A DNA stretch of 64,000 bases from contig OZ024744.1 in the NCBI GenBank assembly GCA_964016885.1, positions 101,556,001 to 101,620,000 of the forward strand, read 5' to 3'. A model generated the notes under the pieces. That model worked only from the letters and a program-made list of their open reading frames with translations. It had not been told where the DNA came from and ran no database searches. Source of the DNA: Eledone cirrhosa. Its lineage: Eukaryota. Made by a program: the position numbers and the translations under genes. Below, piece by piece: positions 1 through 15,300 of this stretch (position 1 is the stretch's first letter; every line of letters starts with the position of its first letter).

Positions 1-3000
1 GTCCAATACATTATAGTTTATAGTTAGTCTAACATTTTGCCGTCTACAGTTAGTCTAATACTTTACAGTCTTATTTTAGTCTAATCCTTTACTGTCTATA
101 GTTAGTCTAATACTTTACATTCTATAATTAGTCTAACATATTACAGTCTATAGTTAGTTTAACACTTTACAGTCTATAATTAATCTAATACTTTACCCTC
201 TATAATTAGTCTAATATTTTACCGTCTGTAGTTAGTTTAATATTTTACAATCTACAGTTAGTCTAATACTTTACAGTCTATAATTAGTCTAATATTTTAC
301 CGTCTGTAGTTAGTCTAATATTTTACAATCTACAGTTAGTCTAATACTTTACAGTCTATAATTAGTCTAATATTTTACCGTCTGTAGTTAGTCTAATATA
401 TTACAATCTACAGTTAGTCTAATACTTTACAGTCTATAGTTAGACTAATACTTTACTGTCTATAGTTAATCTAATACTTTACAGTCTATAGTAAGTCTAA
501 TAATTTAAAGTCGATAGTTAGTTTACAACTTTACATTCGATAGTTACTCTAACACTTTACGGTCAATAGTTAGACTAATACTTTACTCTGTATAGTTAGT
601 GTAATACATTACAGTCAAGAGTTAGTCTAACACATTACTGTCTATAATTAGTCTAAAAGTTTACAGTCTATAGTTAGTCTAACACCTTACTGTCTATAGT
701 TAGTCTAATACTTTTTAGTCTAATTTTAGTCTAATACTTTACTGTCTTTAGTTATTCTAATACTTTACATTCTATAGTTAGTCTAACAATTTGCAGTCTA
801 TAGTTAGTCTAATAATTTAATGTCTATAGTTAGTCTAATACTTTACTCTCTATAGTTAGTCTAAAACTTTACAGTCTATAGATATTCCAACACTTTACTG
901 TCTATAGTTAGTCTAAGAGTTTACACTCTAAACTCAGTCTAATACTTTACTGTCTATAGTAAGCCTAACACTTTACTGTCTATAGTTAGTCTAATACTTT
1001 ACTTACTATAGTTAGTCTAATTCTTTAGTGTCTATAGTTAGTCTAATATTTTACAGTCTACAGTTAGTCTAATACATTACAGTCGATAGTTAGTCTAATA
1101 CTTTACAGTCTATAGTTAGTTTAATACTTTACAGTCTACAGTTAGTCTAATACTTTACAGTCTATAGTTGGTCTAATACATTACTGTCTATAGTTAATCT
1201 AATACTTTACAGTCGATAGTTAGTCTATCACATTACAGTCTATAATTAGTCTAATATTTGACCGTCTACAATTAGTGTAATACTTTACACTCTAAAGTTA
1301 GTCTAATACTTTACAGTCTATAGTTTGTCTAATACTTTACTTTCTATAGTTAATCTAATACTTTACAATCTATAGTTAGTATAATACCTTACTGTCTATA
1401 GTTAATCTAATACTTTACAGTCTACAGTTAGTCTAATACTTTACAGTCTATAGTTAGTCTAATACTTTACTGTCTATAGTTAATCTAATACTTTACAGTC
1501 TATAGTAAGTCTAATTTTTTACAGTCGATAATTAGTCTAACACTTTACATTCGATAATTAGTCTAATACTTTACAGTCTATAGTTAGTCTAATATTTTAC
1601 AGTCTATAGTTAGCCTAACACTTTACTGTCTATAGGAAGTCTAATACTTTACAGTCTATAGTTAGTATAATAATTTACTGTCTATAGTTAGCCTAACACT
1701 TTACTGTCTATAGTTATTCTAATACTTTACAGTCTATAGTTAATCTATTAATTAATGTCTATAATTAGTCTAATACTTTAATGTACATAGTGAGTCCAAT
1801 ACATTATAGTTTAAAGTTGGTCAAAAAATTTACAGTCTATAGTTATTCTAACACTTTACAGTTCCTAGTTAGTATAGTACCTTACTGTCTATAGTTAATC
1901 TAATACTTTACAGTCTATAGTTATTCTAATACTTTACAGTCTATAGTTAATCTAATAATTTACAGTCGATAGTTAGTGTAACACTTTAGAGTCGATAGTT
2001 AGTCTAACACTTTACTGTCAATAGTTAGTCTAATATTTTATTTCCTATAGTTAGTGTAATACTTTACTCTCTATAGTTAGTCTAATACTTTACAGTCTAT
2101 AGTTAGTCTAAAACATTACTGTCTATAGTGTGTCTAACACTTTACAGTCTATAGTTAGCCTAACACATTACGGTCTATAGTTAGTCTAACGCTCTACAGT
2201 CTATAGTTAATATAATACTTTACTGTCTATAGTTAGCCTAACACTTTACAATCTATAGTTAGTCTAATACTTTACTGTCTATAGTTAGTATAATACCTTA
2301 CTGTCTATAGTTAATCTAATATTTTACAGTCTATAGTTAAACTAATAATTTACAGTCTATAGATAGTCTAATACTTTATTGTCTATAGTTAGTCTAATAA
2401 TTTACAGTTTATAATTAGTCTAATTCTTTACAGTCTACAGTTAGTCTAATACTTTACAGTCTATAGTTAGTCTAATACTTTACAGTCTATAGTTTGTCTA
2501 ATACTTTACTGTCTATAGTTAATCTAATACTTTACAGTCTATAGTTAGTCTAACATATTACTGTCTATAGATAGTCTAATACTTTACAGTCTATAGTTAG
2601 TCTAACATATTACTGTCTATAGTTAGTCTAACACTTTACAGTCGATAGTTACTCTAATACTTTACTTTCTATAGTTAGTCTAATACTTTACAGTCTATAG
2701 TTTGTCTAATACATTACTTTCTATAGCTATTCTAACACATTACTGTCTATAGTTAGTCTAAAAGTTTACAGTCTATAGTTAGTCTAACACTTTACTGTCT
2801 ATAGTTAGTCTAATACTTTACGTTCTATAGTTAGTCTAACAATTTACAGTCTATAGTTAGTCTAACACATTACAGTCTATAGTTAGTCTAGCACTTTACA
2901 GTCTATAATTAGTCTAATATTTTACCGTCTACAGTTAGTTTAATACTTTACAGTCTATAGATAGTATAATATTTACAGTCTATAGTTAGTCTAATAATTT

Positions 3001-5230
3001 ACACTCTATAGTTAGTCTAATACTTTAATGTACATAGTGAGTCCAATACATTATAGTCTATATTTAGTGTAACAATTAACAGTCTACAGTTAGTCTAACA
3101 CTTTACAGTTCATAGTTAGTCTAATACTTTACAGTCTATAGTTAGTCTAATTCTTTACAGTCTATAGTTAGTATAATACCTGACTGTCTATAGTTAATCT
3201 AATACTTTACAGTATATAGTTATTCTAATATTTTACAGTCTATAGTTAGTCTAATAAATTACTGTCTATAGTTAGTCTAATAATTTACAGTTTATAATTA
3301 GTCTAATCCTTTACAGTCTACAGTTAATCTAATACTTTACAGTCTATAGTTAGTCTAATACTTTAGAGTCTATAGTTAGTCTAATACTTTAGAGTCTATA
3401 GTTAGTCTAATACTTTAGAGTCTACAGTTAGTCTAATAATGTACAGTCGATAATTAGTCTAACATTTTACAGTCTAATTTTAGTCTAATACTTTACTGTC
3501 TATAGTTAGTCTAACAATGTACAGTCTATAGTTAGTCTAACACATTACAGTCTATAGTTAGTCTAACACTTTACTGTCTATAGTTAGTCTAATACTTTAT
3601 TGACTATAGTTAATCTAATTCTTCAGAGTCTATAGTTTGTCTAATATTTTAATGTACATAGTTAGTCCAATACATTATAGTTTATAGTTAGTCTAACATT
3701 TTGCCGTCTACAGTTAGTCTAATACTTTACAGTCTTATTTTAGTCTAATCCTTTACTGTCTATAGTTAGTCTAATACTTTACATTCTATAATTAGTCTAA
3801 CATATTACAGTCTATAGTTAGTTTAACACTTTACAGTCTATAATTAATCTAATACTTTACCCTCTATAATTAGTCTAATATTTTACCGTCTGTAGTTAGT
3901 TTAATATTTTACAATCTACAGTTAGTCTAATACTTTACAGTCTATAATTAGTCTAATATTTTACCGTCTGTAGTTAGTCTAATATTTTACAATCTACAGT
4001 TAGTCTAATACTTTACAGTCTATAATTAGTCTAATATTTTACCGTCTGTAGTTAGTCTAATATATTACAATCTACAGTTAGTCTAATACTTTACAGTCTA
4101 TAGTTAGACTAATACTTTACTGTCTATAGTTAATCTAATACTTTACAGTCTATAGTAAGTCTAATAATTTAAAGTCGATAGTTAGTTTACAACTTTACAT
4201 TCGATAGTTACTCTAACACTTTACGGTCAATAGTTAGACTAATACTTTACTCTGTATAGTTAGTGTAATACATTACAGTCAAGAGTTAGTCTACCACATT
4301 ACTGTCTATAATTAGTCTAAAAGTTTACAGTCTATAGTTAGTCTAACACCTTACTGTCTATAGTTAGTCTAATACTTTTTAGTCTAATTTTAGTCTAATA
4401 CTTTACTGTCTTTAGTTATTCTAATACTTTACATTCTATAGTTAGTCTAACAATTTGCAGTCTATAGTTAGTCTAATAATTTAATGTCTATAGTTAGTCT
4501 AATACTTTACTCTCTATAGTTAGTCTAAAACTTTACAGTCTATAGATATTCCAACACTTTACTGTCTATAGTTAGTCTAAGAGTTTACACTCTAAACTCA
4601 GTCTAATACTTTACTGTCTATAGTAAGCCTAACACTTTACTGTCTATAGTTAGTCTAATACTTTACTTACTATAGTTAGTCTAATTCTTTAGTGTCTATA
4701 GTTAGTCTAATATTTTACAGTCTACAGTTAGTCTAATACATTACAGTCGATAGTTAGTCTAATACTTTACAGTCTATAGTTAGTTTAATACTTTACAGTC
4801 TACAGTTAGTCTAATACTTTACAGTCTATAGTTGGTCTAATACATTACTGTCTATAGTTAATCTAATACTTTACAGTCGATAGTTAGTCTATCACATTAC
4901 AGTCTATAATTAGTCTAATATTTGACCGTCTACAATTAGTGTAATACTTTACACTCTAAAGTTAGTCTAATACTTTACAGTCTATAGTTTGTCTAATACT
5001 TTACTTTCTATAGTTAATCTAATACTTTACAATCTATAGTTAGTATAATACCTTACTGTCTATAGTTAATCTAATACTTTACAGTCTACAGTTAGTCTAA
5101 TACTTTACAGTCTATAGTTAGTCTAATACTTTACTGTCTATAGTTAATCTAATACTTTACAGTCTATAGTAAGTCTAATTTTTTACAGTCGATAATTAGT
5201 CTAACACTTTACATTCGATAATTAGTCTAA
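1..5230. repeat. Higher-order duplication in satA: 1-1566 repeated at 3665-5230 (offset 3664 bp)
   Basis: The rare-variant string gtccaatacattatagtttatagttagtctaacattttgccgtc occurs at 1 and 3665, and identity runs to about 1566/5230. It includes an internal 78-bp (3-monomer) triplication at about 201-434. Confidence 0.88.
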
Positions 5231-6716
5231 CACTTTACATTCGATAGTTAGTCTAACACATTACAGTCTATAGTTAGTCCAAAAGTTTACAGTCTATAGT
5301 TAGTCTAACACTTTACTGTCTATAGTTAGTCTACTACTTTACTGTCTATATTTAGCCTAACACTTTACTGTCTATACTGTCTAATGCTTTACTGTCTATA
5401 GTTAGTCTAATTCTTTGGTGTCTATAGTTAGTCTAATATTTTACCGTGTACAGTTAGTCTAATACATTACAGTCGATAGTTAGTCTAATATTTTACAGTC
5501 TACCGTTAGTCTAATATTTTACCGTCTATAGTTGGTCTAATACCTTTCTCTCTATAGTTAATCTAATACTTTACAGTCTACAGTTAGTTTAATACATTAC
5601 AGTCTATAGTTAGTCTAAAATTTACAGTCTATAATTAGTCTAATATTTTACCGTCTTCAGTTAGTCTAATACTATACAGTCTATAGTTAGTCTAATACTT
5701 TACGGTCTATAGTTAATCTAATACTTTACTGTCTATAGTTAGTCTAATACTTTAATGTACATAGTGAGTCCAATACATTATAGACTCTAGTTAATCTAAC
5801 AATTTACAGTCTATAGTTAGTCTAACACTTTAGAGTTCATAGTTAGTCTAATACTTTACAGTCTATAGATAGTTTAATACTTTATAGTCTATAGATAGTA
5901 TAATACATTACTGTCTGTAGTTAGTCCAATAATTTAGAGTTTATAATTAGTCTAATTCTTTACAGTCTACAGTTAATCTAATACGTTACAGTCTATAGAT
6001 AGTCTAATACTTTACTGTCTATAGTAGGTCTAATACTTTACTGTCTATAGTTAATCTAATACTTTACAGACTATAGTAAATCGAATAATTTACAGTCGAT
6101 AGTTAGTCTAACACTTTACATTCGATAGTTAGTCTAAAACTTTACTGTCAATAGTTAGTCTAATACTTTACTGTCTATAGTTAGTGTAATACTTTACAGT
6201 CTATTGTTAGTCTAACACATTACTGTCCATAGTTAGTCTAAAACTTTACAGTCTATAGTTAAAATTACACTTTACTGTCTATAGTTAGTCTAATACTTTA
6301 TAGTCTAATTTTAGTCTAATACTTTACTGTCTATAGTAAGTGTAATACTTGACATTCTATAGTTTGTCTAACAATTTACAGTCTATAGTTAGTCTAACAC
6401 ATTACAGTCTATAATTAGTCTAATATTATACCGTCTACAGTCAGTTTAATACTTTACAGGCTATAGTTAGTCTAATATTTACAGTCTATAGTTAGTCTAA
6501 TACTTAACAGTCTATAATTAGTCTAATACTTTACAATCTATAGATAGTATAATACGTTACTGTCTATAGTTAGTCTAATAATTTAGAGTTTATAATTAGT
6601 CTAATTCTTTACAGTCTACAGTTAATCTAATACTTTACAGTCTATAGTTAGTCTAATACTTTACAGTCTATAGTTAGTCTAAAACTTTACAGTCTATAGA
6701 TAGTCTAATACTTTAC

Positions 6717-9700
6717 AGTCTATAGTTAGTCTAATACTTTACAGTCTATAGTTAGTCTAAAACTTTACAGTCTATAGATAGTATAATACTTTACTGTCTA
6801 TAGTTAGTCTAATACTTTACTTTCTATAGTTAGTCAAATACTTTACTCTCTAAAGTTAGTCTAATGCTTTACAGTCTATAGTTAGTCTAACACATTATTG
6901 TCTATAGTTAGTCTAACACTTTACAGTCTATAGTTAGTCTAACACATTACTGTCTATAGTTAGTCTAACAATTTACACTCTAAACTTTGTCTACTACTTT
7001 AATGTCTATATTTAGACTAACAATTTACTGTCTATAGTTAGTCTAATAGTTTACTGACTACAGTTAGTCTAATTCTTTAGTGTATATAGTTAGTCTAATA
7101 CTTTACTGTACAATACATTATAGTGTATAGTGAGTCTAACAATTTACAGTCTAGGGATAGTCTAACACATTACAGACTATAGTTGGTCTAATACTTTACA
7201 GTCTAGAGTTAGTCTAATACTTTACAGTCTATAGTAAGTATAATAATTTACAGTCGATAGTTAGTCCAACACTTTACAGTCGATAGTTAGCCTAAAACTT
7301 TACTGTCTATAGTTAGTCAAATACTTTACTGACTATAGTTAGTCTAATTCTTTAGTGTCTATAGTTAGTCTAATATGTTAATGTACATAGTTAGTCCAAT
7401 ACATTATAGTCTATAGTTAGTCTAACAATTTACAGTCTATAGTTAGTCTAACACATTACACTCTCTAGTTAGTCTAACACTTAAAGTCTATAATTAGTCT
7501 AATATTTTACAGTCTACAATTAGTCTAATATTTTACACTCTATAGTTAGTCTAATACTTTACAGTCTATAGTTAGTCTAATACTTTACTTTCTATAGTTA
7601 GACTAACACTTTACTGTCAATAGTTAGTCAAATACTTTACTTTCTATAGTTAGATCAATACTTTACAGTATATAGTTAGTCTAATACTTTACTGACTATA
7701 GTTAGTCAAATTCTTTAGTGTCTATAGTTAGTCTAATACTTTAATTTATATAGTTTGTCTAATACTTTACTGTCTATAGTTACTCTTTGCAGTCTAAAGT
7801 TAGTCTAACACATTACAGTCTATAGTTAGTCTAACACTTTACAGTCTATAATTAGTCTAATATTTTACAATCTATAGTTAGTCTAATAGTTCACAGTCTA
7901 TAGTAAGTCTAATACTTTACAGTCTCATTTTAGTCTAATACATTACTATCTATTCTAATATTTTACCGTCTACAGTTAGTCTTATAATTTACAATCTATA
8001 GTTAGTCTAATACTTTACAGTCTACAGTTAGTATAATACTTTACAGTCTATAGTGAATCTAATACTTTACTGTCTATAGCTAATCTAATACTTTACAGTC
8101 TATAGTATGTCTAATAATTTACAGTCGATAGTTAGGCTAACACTTTACTGTCAACAGTTAGTCAAATAATTTACTTTCTATAGTTAGTATAATACTTTAC
8201 TATCTATAGTTAGTCTAATACTTTACAGTCTATAGTTAGTCTAATACTTTACAGTCTATAGTTAGTCTAAAACTTTACAGTCTATAGATAGTATAATACT
8301 TTACTGTCTATAGTTAGTCTAATACTTTACTTTCTATAGTTAGTCAAATACTTTACTCTCTAAAGTTAGTCTAATGCTTTACAGTCTATAGTTAGTCTAA
8401 CACATTATTGTCTATAGTTAGTCTAACACTTTACAGTCTATAGTTAGTCTAACACATTACTGTCTATAGTTAGTCTAACAATTTACACTCTAAACTTTGT
8501 CTACTACTTTAATGTCTATATTTAGACTAACAATTTACTGTCTATAGTTAGTCTAATAGTTTACTGACTACAGTTAGTCTAATTCTTTAGTGTATATAGT
8601 TAGTCTAATACTTTACTGTACAATACATTATAGTGTATAGTGAGTCTAACAATTTACAGTCTAGGGATAGTCTAACACATTACAGACTATAGTTGGTCTA
8701 ATACTTTACAGTCTAGAGTTAGTCTAATACTTTACAGTCTATAGTAAGTATAATAATTTACAGTCGATAGTTAGTCCAACACTTTACAGTCGATAGTTAG
8801 CCTAAAACTTTACTGTCTATAGTTAGTCAAATACTTTACTGACTATAGTTAGTCTAATTCTTTAGTGTCTATAGTTAGTCTAATATGTTAATGTACATAG
8901 TTAGTCCAATACATTATAGTCTATAGTTAGTCTAACAATTTACAGTCTATAGTTAGTCTAACACATTACACTCTCTAGTTAGTCTAACACTTAAAGTCTA
9001 TAATTAGTCTAATATTTTACAGTCTACAATTAGTCTAATATTTTACACTCTATAGTTAGTCTAATACTTTACAGTCTATAGTTAGTCTAATACTTTACTT
9101 TCTATAGTTAGACTAACACTTTACTGTCAATAGTTAGTCAAATACTTTACTTTCTATAGTTAGATCAATACTTTACAGTATATAGTTAGTCTAATACTTT
9201 ACTGACTATAGTTAGTCAAATTCTTTAGTGTCTATAGTTAGTCTAATACTTTAATTTATATAGTTTGTCTAATACTTTACTGTCTATAGTTACTCTTTGC
9301 AGTCTAAAGTTAGTCTAACACATTACAGTCTATAGTTAGTCTAACACTTTACAGTCTATAATTAGTCTAATATTTTACAATCTATAGTTAGTCTAATAGT
9401 TCACAGTCTATAGTAAGTCTAATACTTTACAGTCTCATTTTAGTCTAATACATTACTATCTATTCTAATATTTTACCGTCTACAGTTAGTCTTATAATTT
9501 ACAATCTATAGTTAGTCTAATACTTTACAGTCTACAGTTAGTATAATACTTTACAGTCTATAGTGAATCTAATACTTTACTGTCTATAGCTAATCTAATA
9601 CTTTACAGTCTATAGTATGTCTAATAATTTACAGTCGATAGTTAGGCTAACACTTTACTGTCAACAGTTAGTCAAATAATTTACTTTCTATAGTTAGTAT

Positions 9701-9736
9701 AATACTTTACTATCTATAGTTAGTCTAATACTTTAC
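6717..9736. repeat. Tandem 1510-bp duplication in satA (about 58 monomers x2)
   Basis: Landmarks recur at +1510: 6781/8291 gtataatact, ctagggatag at 7151/8661, and 8161/9671 gtcaaataat. The copies diverge at 8227/9737. Confidence 0.9.
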
Positions 9737-10056
9737 TGTCTATAGTTAGTCTAATACTTTACATTCTATAATTAGTCTAACACATTACACTCTATAGTTA
9801 GTCAAACACTTTACAGTCTATAATTAGTCCAATACTTTACCGTCTACAGTTAGTCTAACACATTACAGACTATAGTTAGTCTAACACTTTACAGTGTATA
9901 ATTAGTCTAATATTTTAACGTCTACAGTTAGTTTAATACTTTACAGTCTATAGTTAGTCTAATATTTACAGTCTATAGTTAATCTAATAATTTTCTGTCT
10001 ATAGTTAGTCTAATAACTTACAGTTTATAATTTGTCTAATACTTTACAGTCTACAG

Positions 10057-10430
10057 TTAGACTAACTATAGACTGTAATGTATTAGACTAACTGTAGACT
10101 GTAAAGTATTAGACTATCAATAGAGTGTAATGTATTAGACTAACTATAGAGATTAAATTATTAGACTATCTATAGAAAGTAAAGTATTAGACTACCTATT
10201 GACAGTAAAGTGTAAGACTAACTATCGACTGTAAAGTGTTAGACAAACTATCGACTGGAAAATTATTAGCCTTACTATAGACTGTAAAGTATTAGATTAA
10301 CTATAGACAGTAAAGTATTAGACTAACTATAGACTGTAAAGTATTAGACTATCTATAGACTGTAAATTATTAGACTAACTATAGACTGTATAGTATTAGA
10401 CTAACTATAGACTGTAAAGTATTAGACTAA
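10057..10430 (-). repeat. Inverted segment of satA (about 14 monomers on the opposite strand)
   Basis: The sequence switches to reverse-complement monomers (actaactatagactgtaaagtattag) at 10061 and returns at 10427-10431. Both junctions read TTAGACTAA. Confidence 0.95.
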
Positions 10431-12348
10431 TACTTTACAGTCTATAGTTAGTCTAATACTTTACTGTCATTAGTTAATCTAATACTTTACAGTATATAGT
10501 AAGCCCAGTAATTTACGGTCGATAGTTAGTCTAACACTTTACAGTCGGTAGTTAGTCTAACACTTTACTGTATATAGTTAGTCTAATACTTTACATTCTA
10601 TAGTTAGTCTAACAATTTACAGTCTATAGTGAGTCTAACACATTACAGTCTATAGTTAGTCTAACACTTTACAGTCTATAATTAGTCTAATATTTTACCG
10701 TCTACAGTCTACTTTACAGTCGATAGTTCGACTAACACTTTACTGTCAATAGTTAGTCAAATAGTTTACTTTCTATAGGTAGTCTAATACTTTACTATCT
10801 ATAGTTAGTCTAATACTTTACAGTCTATAGTTAGTCTAATACTTTACTGTCTATAGTTAGTCTAATACATTACAGTCTAATTTTAGTCTAATACTTTACT
10901 GTCTATACGTAGTCTAATACTTTACATTCTAAAGTTAGTCTAACAATTTACAGTCTATAGTTAGTGTAATATTTTACCGTCTACAGTTAGCCTAATACTA
11001 TACAGTCTATAGTTAGTCTGATACTTTACAGTCTATAGTTAGTCTAATACTTTACAGTCTACAGTTAGTCTAATACTTTACAGTCTATAGTTAATCTAAT
11101 ACTTTACTGTATATAGTTAGTCTAATACTTTAATGTACATAGTGAGACCAATACATTATAGTCTATAGTTAGTCTAACAATTTACAGTCTATAGTTAGTC
11201 TAACACTTTACAGTTCATAGTTAGTCTAATACCTTACCGTCTAAAAATAGTCTAATACTTTACAGTCTATCGTTAGTCTAAAACTTTACAGTCTAAATTT
11301 AGTCTAATACTTTACTGTATATAGTTCGTCTAATAGTTTACTGTCTATAGCTAGTCTAATATTTTACATCCTATAGTTAGTCTAATACTTTACTGTCTCT
11401 AGTTAATCTAACACTGTATGGATTGTATTTAAACTAATACATTACAGACTATAGTTAGTCTAACACTTTACAGTCTATAGTTAGTCTAATATTTTTCAGT
11501 CTCTTGTTAGTCTAATACATTAATACATTACTGTCTCTAGTTAGTCTAATACATTACAGTCTATACTTAGCGTAACACTTTACTGTCTATAGTTATTCTA
11601 ATACTTTACTTACTATAGTTAGTCTAATTCTTTAGTGTCTATAGTTAGTCTAATAGTTTAATGTACTAGTTAGTCCAATACATTATAGTCTATACTTATT
11701 TCAACAATTTACTGTCTTGTGATAGTCTGACGCATTACAGTCTATAGTTAGTCGAATACTTTACAGTCTATAGTTAGTATAATACTTTACAGTCTATAGA
11801 TAGTCTAATACTTTACAGTCTATAATTAGTGTAATAGTTTACTGTCTATAGTTAATCTAATACTTTACAGTCTACAGTTAGTCTAATACTTACAGTCTAT
11901 AGTGAGTCTAATAATTTAATGTCTATAGTTAATCTAATACTTTACTCTCTATATTTAGTCTAATACTTTACAGTCTATAGTTAGTCTAACATATTACTGT
12001 CTATAGTTCGTCTAACACTTTACAGACTATAGTTATTCTAACACTTTTCTGTCTATAGATAGTCTAACACTTTACACTCTAAACTTAGTCTAATACTTTA
12101 CTGTCTCTAGTTAATCTAATACTTTACAGTCTATAGTTATTCTAATACTCTACAGTCTATAGTTAGTCTAATAATTCACTGTCTATAGTTAGTATAATCA
12201 TATACAGTTTATAATTAGTCTAATACTTTTCAGTCTACAGTTAGTCTAATACTTTACAGTCTACAATTCAGTCTAATACTTTACAGTCTATAATTCGTCT
12301 AATATTTTACCCTCTACAGATAGTCCAATACTTTACAGTCTATAGTTA

Positions 12349-15300
12349 GTCTAAACTTTACAGTCTAAATTTAGTCTAATACTTTACTGTATATAGTTCG
12401 TCTAATAGTTTACTGTCTGTAGCTAGTCTAATATTTTACATCCTATAGTTAGTGTAATACTTTATTGTCTCTAGTTAGTCTAACACTGTATGGACTATAT
12501 TTAGTCTAACACATTACAGACTATAGTTAGTCTAACACTTTACAGTCTATAGTTAGTCTAATACATTACAGTCTATACTTAGCGTAACACTTTACTGTCT
12601 ATAGTTATTCTAATACTTTACTTACTCTAGTTAGTCTAATTCTTTAGTGTCTATAGTTAGTCTAATACTTTACAATCTATAGTTAATCTAGTACTTTATT
12701 GCCTATAGTTAGTCTAATACTTTAATGTACATAGTTAGTCCAATACATTATAGTCTATAGTTAGTCTAACAATTTACTGTCTTATGATAGTCTGACGCAT
12801 TACAGTCTATAGTTAGTCGCACACATTACACTCTACAGTTAGTCTAAAACTTTACAGTCTAAATTTAGTCTAATACTCGATTGTCTATAGTTAGTCTAAT
12901 AGTTTTCGGTCTATAGCTAGTCTAATATTTTACATCCTATAGTTAGTCTAATACTTTACTGTCTCTAGTTAATCTAACACTGGATGGATTGTATTTAATC
13001 TAACACATTACAGACTATAGTTAGTCTAACACTTTACAGTCTATAGTTAGTCTAATATTTTTCAGTCTCTTGTTAGTCTAATACATTAATACATTACTGT
13101 CTCTAGTTAGTCTAATACATTACAGTCTATACTTAGCGTAACACTTTACTGTCTATAGTTATTCTAATACTTTACTTACTATAGTTAGTGTAATTCTTTA
13201 GTGCCTATAGTTAGTCTAATACTTTACAATCTATAGTTAATCTAATACTTTATTGCCTATAGTTAGTCTAATACTTTAATGTACATAGTTAGTCCAATAC
13301 ATTATAGTCTATAGTTAGTCTAACAATTTACTGTCTTATGATAGTCTGACGCATTACAGTCTATAGTTAGTCGAACACATTACACTCTACAGTTAGTCTA
13401 ATACTTTACAGTCTATAGATAGTCTAATACTTTACCGTCTATAGTTAATCTAATATTTTACAGTCTATAATTTGTTTAATAATTTACTGTCTATAGTTAG
13501 TCTAATACTTTACAGTCTACACTTAGTCTAATATTTTACGGTTTATAGTTAATCTAATACTTTAGTGTCTACAGTTAATCTAACACTTTACAGTCCAAAT
13601 TTAGTCTAATACTTTACTGTCGATAGTTAGTCTAATACTTTACTGTCTATAATTAGTCTAATAATTTACTGTCTTTAGTTAGTCTAATACTTTACTGTCT
13701 ATAGTTAATCTAATACTTTATTGCCTATAGTTAGTCTAATACTTTAATGTACATAGTTAGTCCAGTACATTATAGTCTATAATTAGTCTAATACTTTACA
13801 GTCTATAGTTAGTCTAACACTTTACAGTCTATAATTAGTCTAATACTTTACAGTCTACAGTTAGTCTAATACTTTACAGACTATAGTTAGTCTAACACTT
13901 TACATTCTACAGTTAGTCTATTACTTTACATCCTATAGTTAGCCTAACACTTTAGTAACTATAGTTAGTCTAATACTTTACTGACTATAGTTAGTCTAAT
14001 TCTTCAGTGCCTATAGTTATTCTAATACTTTAATGTACATAGTTAGTCCAATACATTATAGTCTATAGTTAGTCTAACAATTTACAGTCTATAGTTAGTC
14101 TAATAATTTACACTTTATAATTAGTCTAATACTTTACAGTCTTCAGTTATTCTACTACTTTACAGTCTATAGTTAGTCTAATATTTTACAGTCTGTAGAT
14201 AGTGTAATACTTTACAGTCGATAGTTAGTCTAACACTTTACAGTCGATAGTTAGTCTAACATTTTACTATCAATTGTTAGTTTAATACTTTACTTTCTAT
14301 AGTTAGTCTAACACATTACTGTCTATAGTTAGTCTACTACTTTACAGTCTATAGTTAGTCTAACACATTACTGTCTATAGTTAGTCTAACACTTTACAGT
14401 TTATAGATAGTCTAACACTTTACAGTCTAAACTTAGTCTAATACTCTACTGTCTATAGTTAGTCTAATGCTTTACAATCTATATTTAGACTAATACTTTA
14501 CAGTTCATAGTTAGTCTAATACTTTACAGTCTATAGTTAGCCTAATACTTTACAGTCTATAGTTAGTCTAATATTTTACAGTCTACAGTTAGTTTAATAC
14601 TTTACTTGTTATAGTTAGTCTAATATTTTACTGTCTATAGTTAGTCTAACACATTACTGTCTATAGTTAATCTAACACTTTACAGTCTATAGTTCGTCTA
14701 ACACATTTGTGTCTATAGTTAGTCTAAAACTTTACAGTCTATAGTTAATCTAATACTGTATTGCCTATAGTTAGTCTAATACTTTAATGTACATAGTTAT
14801 TCCAATAGATTATATTCTATAGTTAGTCTAACAATTTACAGTTTATGATAGTCTAACGCATTACTGTCTATAGTTAATCGAACACTTTACACTCTATAGT
14901 TAGTCTAATACTTTACAGTTCATAATTAATCTAATACTTTACAGTCTATAGTTAGTCTAAACTTTACAGTCTAAATTTAGTCTAATACTTTACTGTATAT
15001 AGTTCGTCTAATAGTTTACTGTCTGTAGCTAGTCTAATATTTTACATCCTATAGTTAGTGTAATACTTTATTGTCTCTAGTTAGTCTAACACTGTATGGA
15101 CTATATTTAGTCTAACACATTACAGACTATAGTTAGTCTAACACTTTACAGTCTATAGTTAGTCTAATACATTACAGTCTATACTTAGCGTAACACTTTA
15201 CTGTCTATAGTTATTCTAATACTTTACTTACTCTAGTTAGTCTAATTCTTTAGTGTCTATAGTTAGTCTAATACTTTACAATCTATAGTTAATCTAGTAC

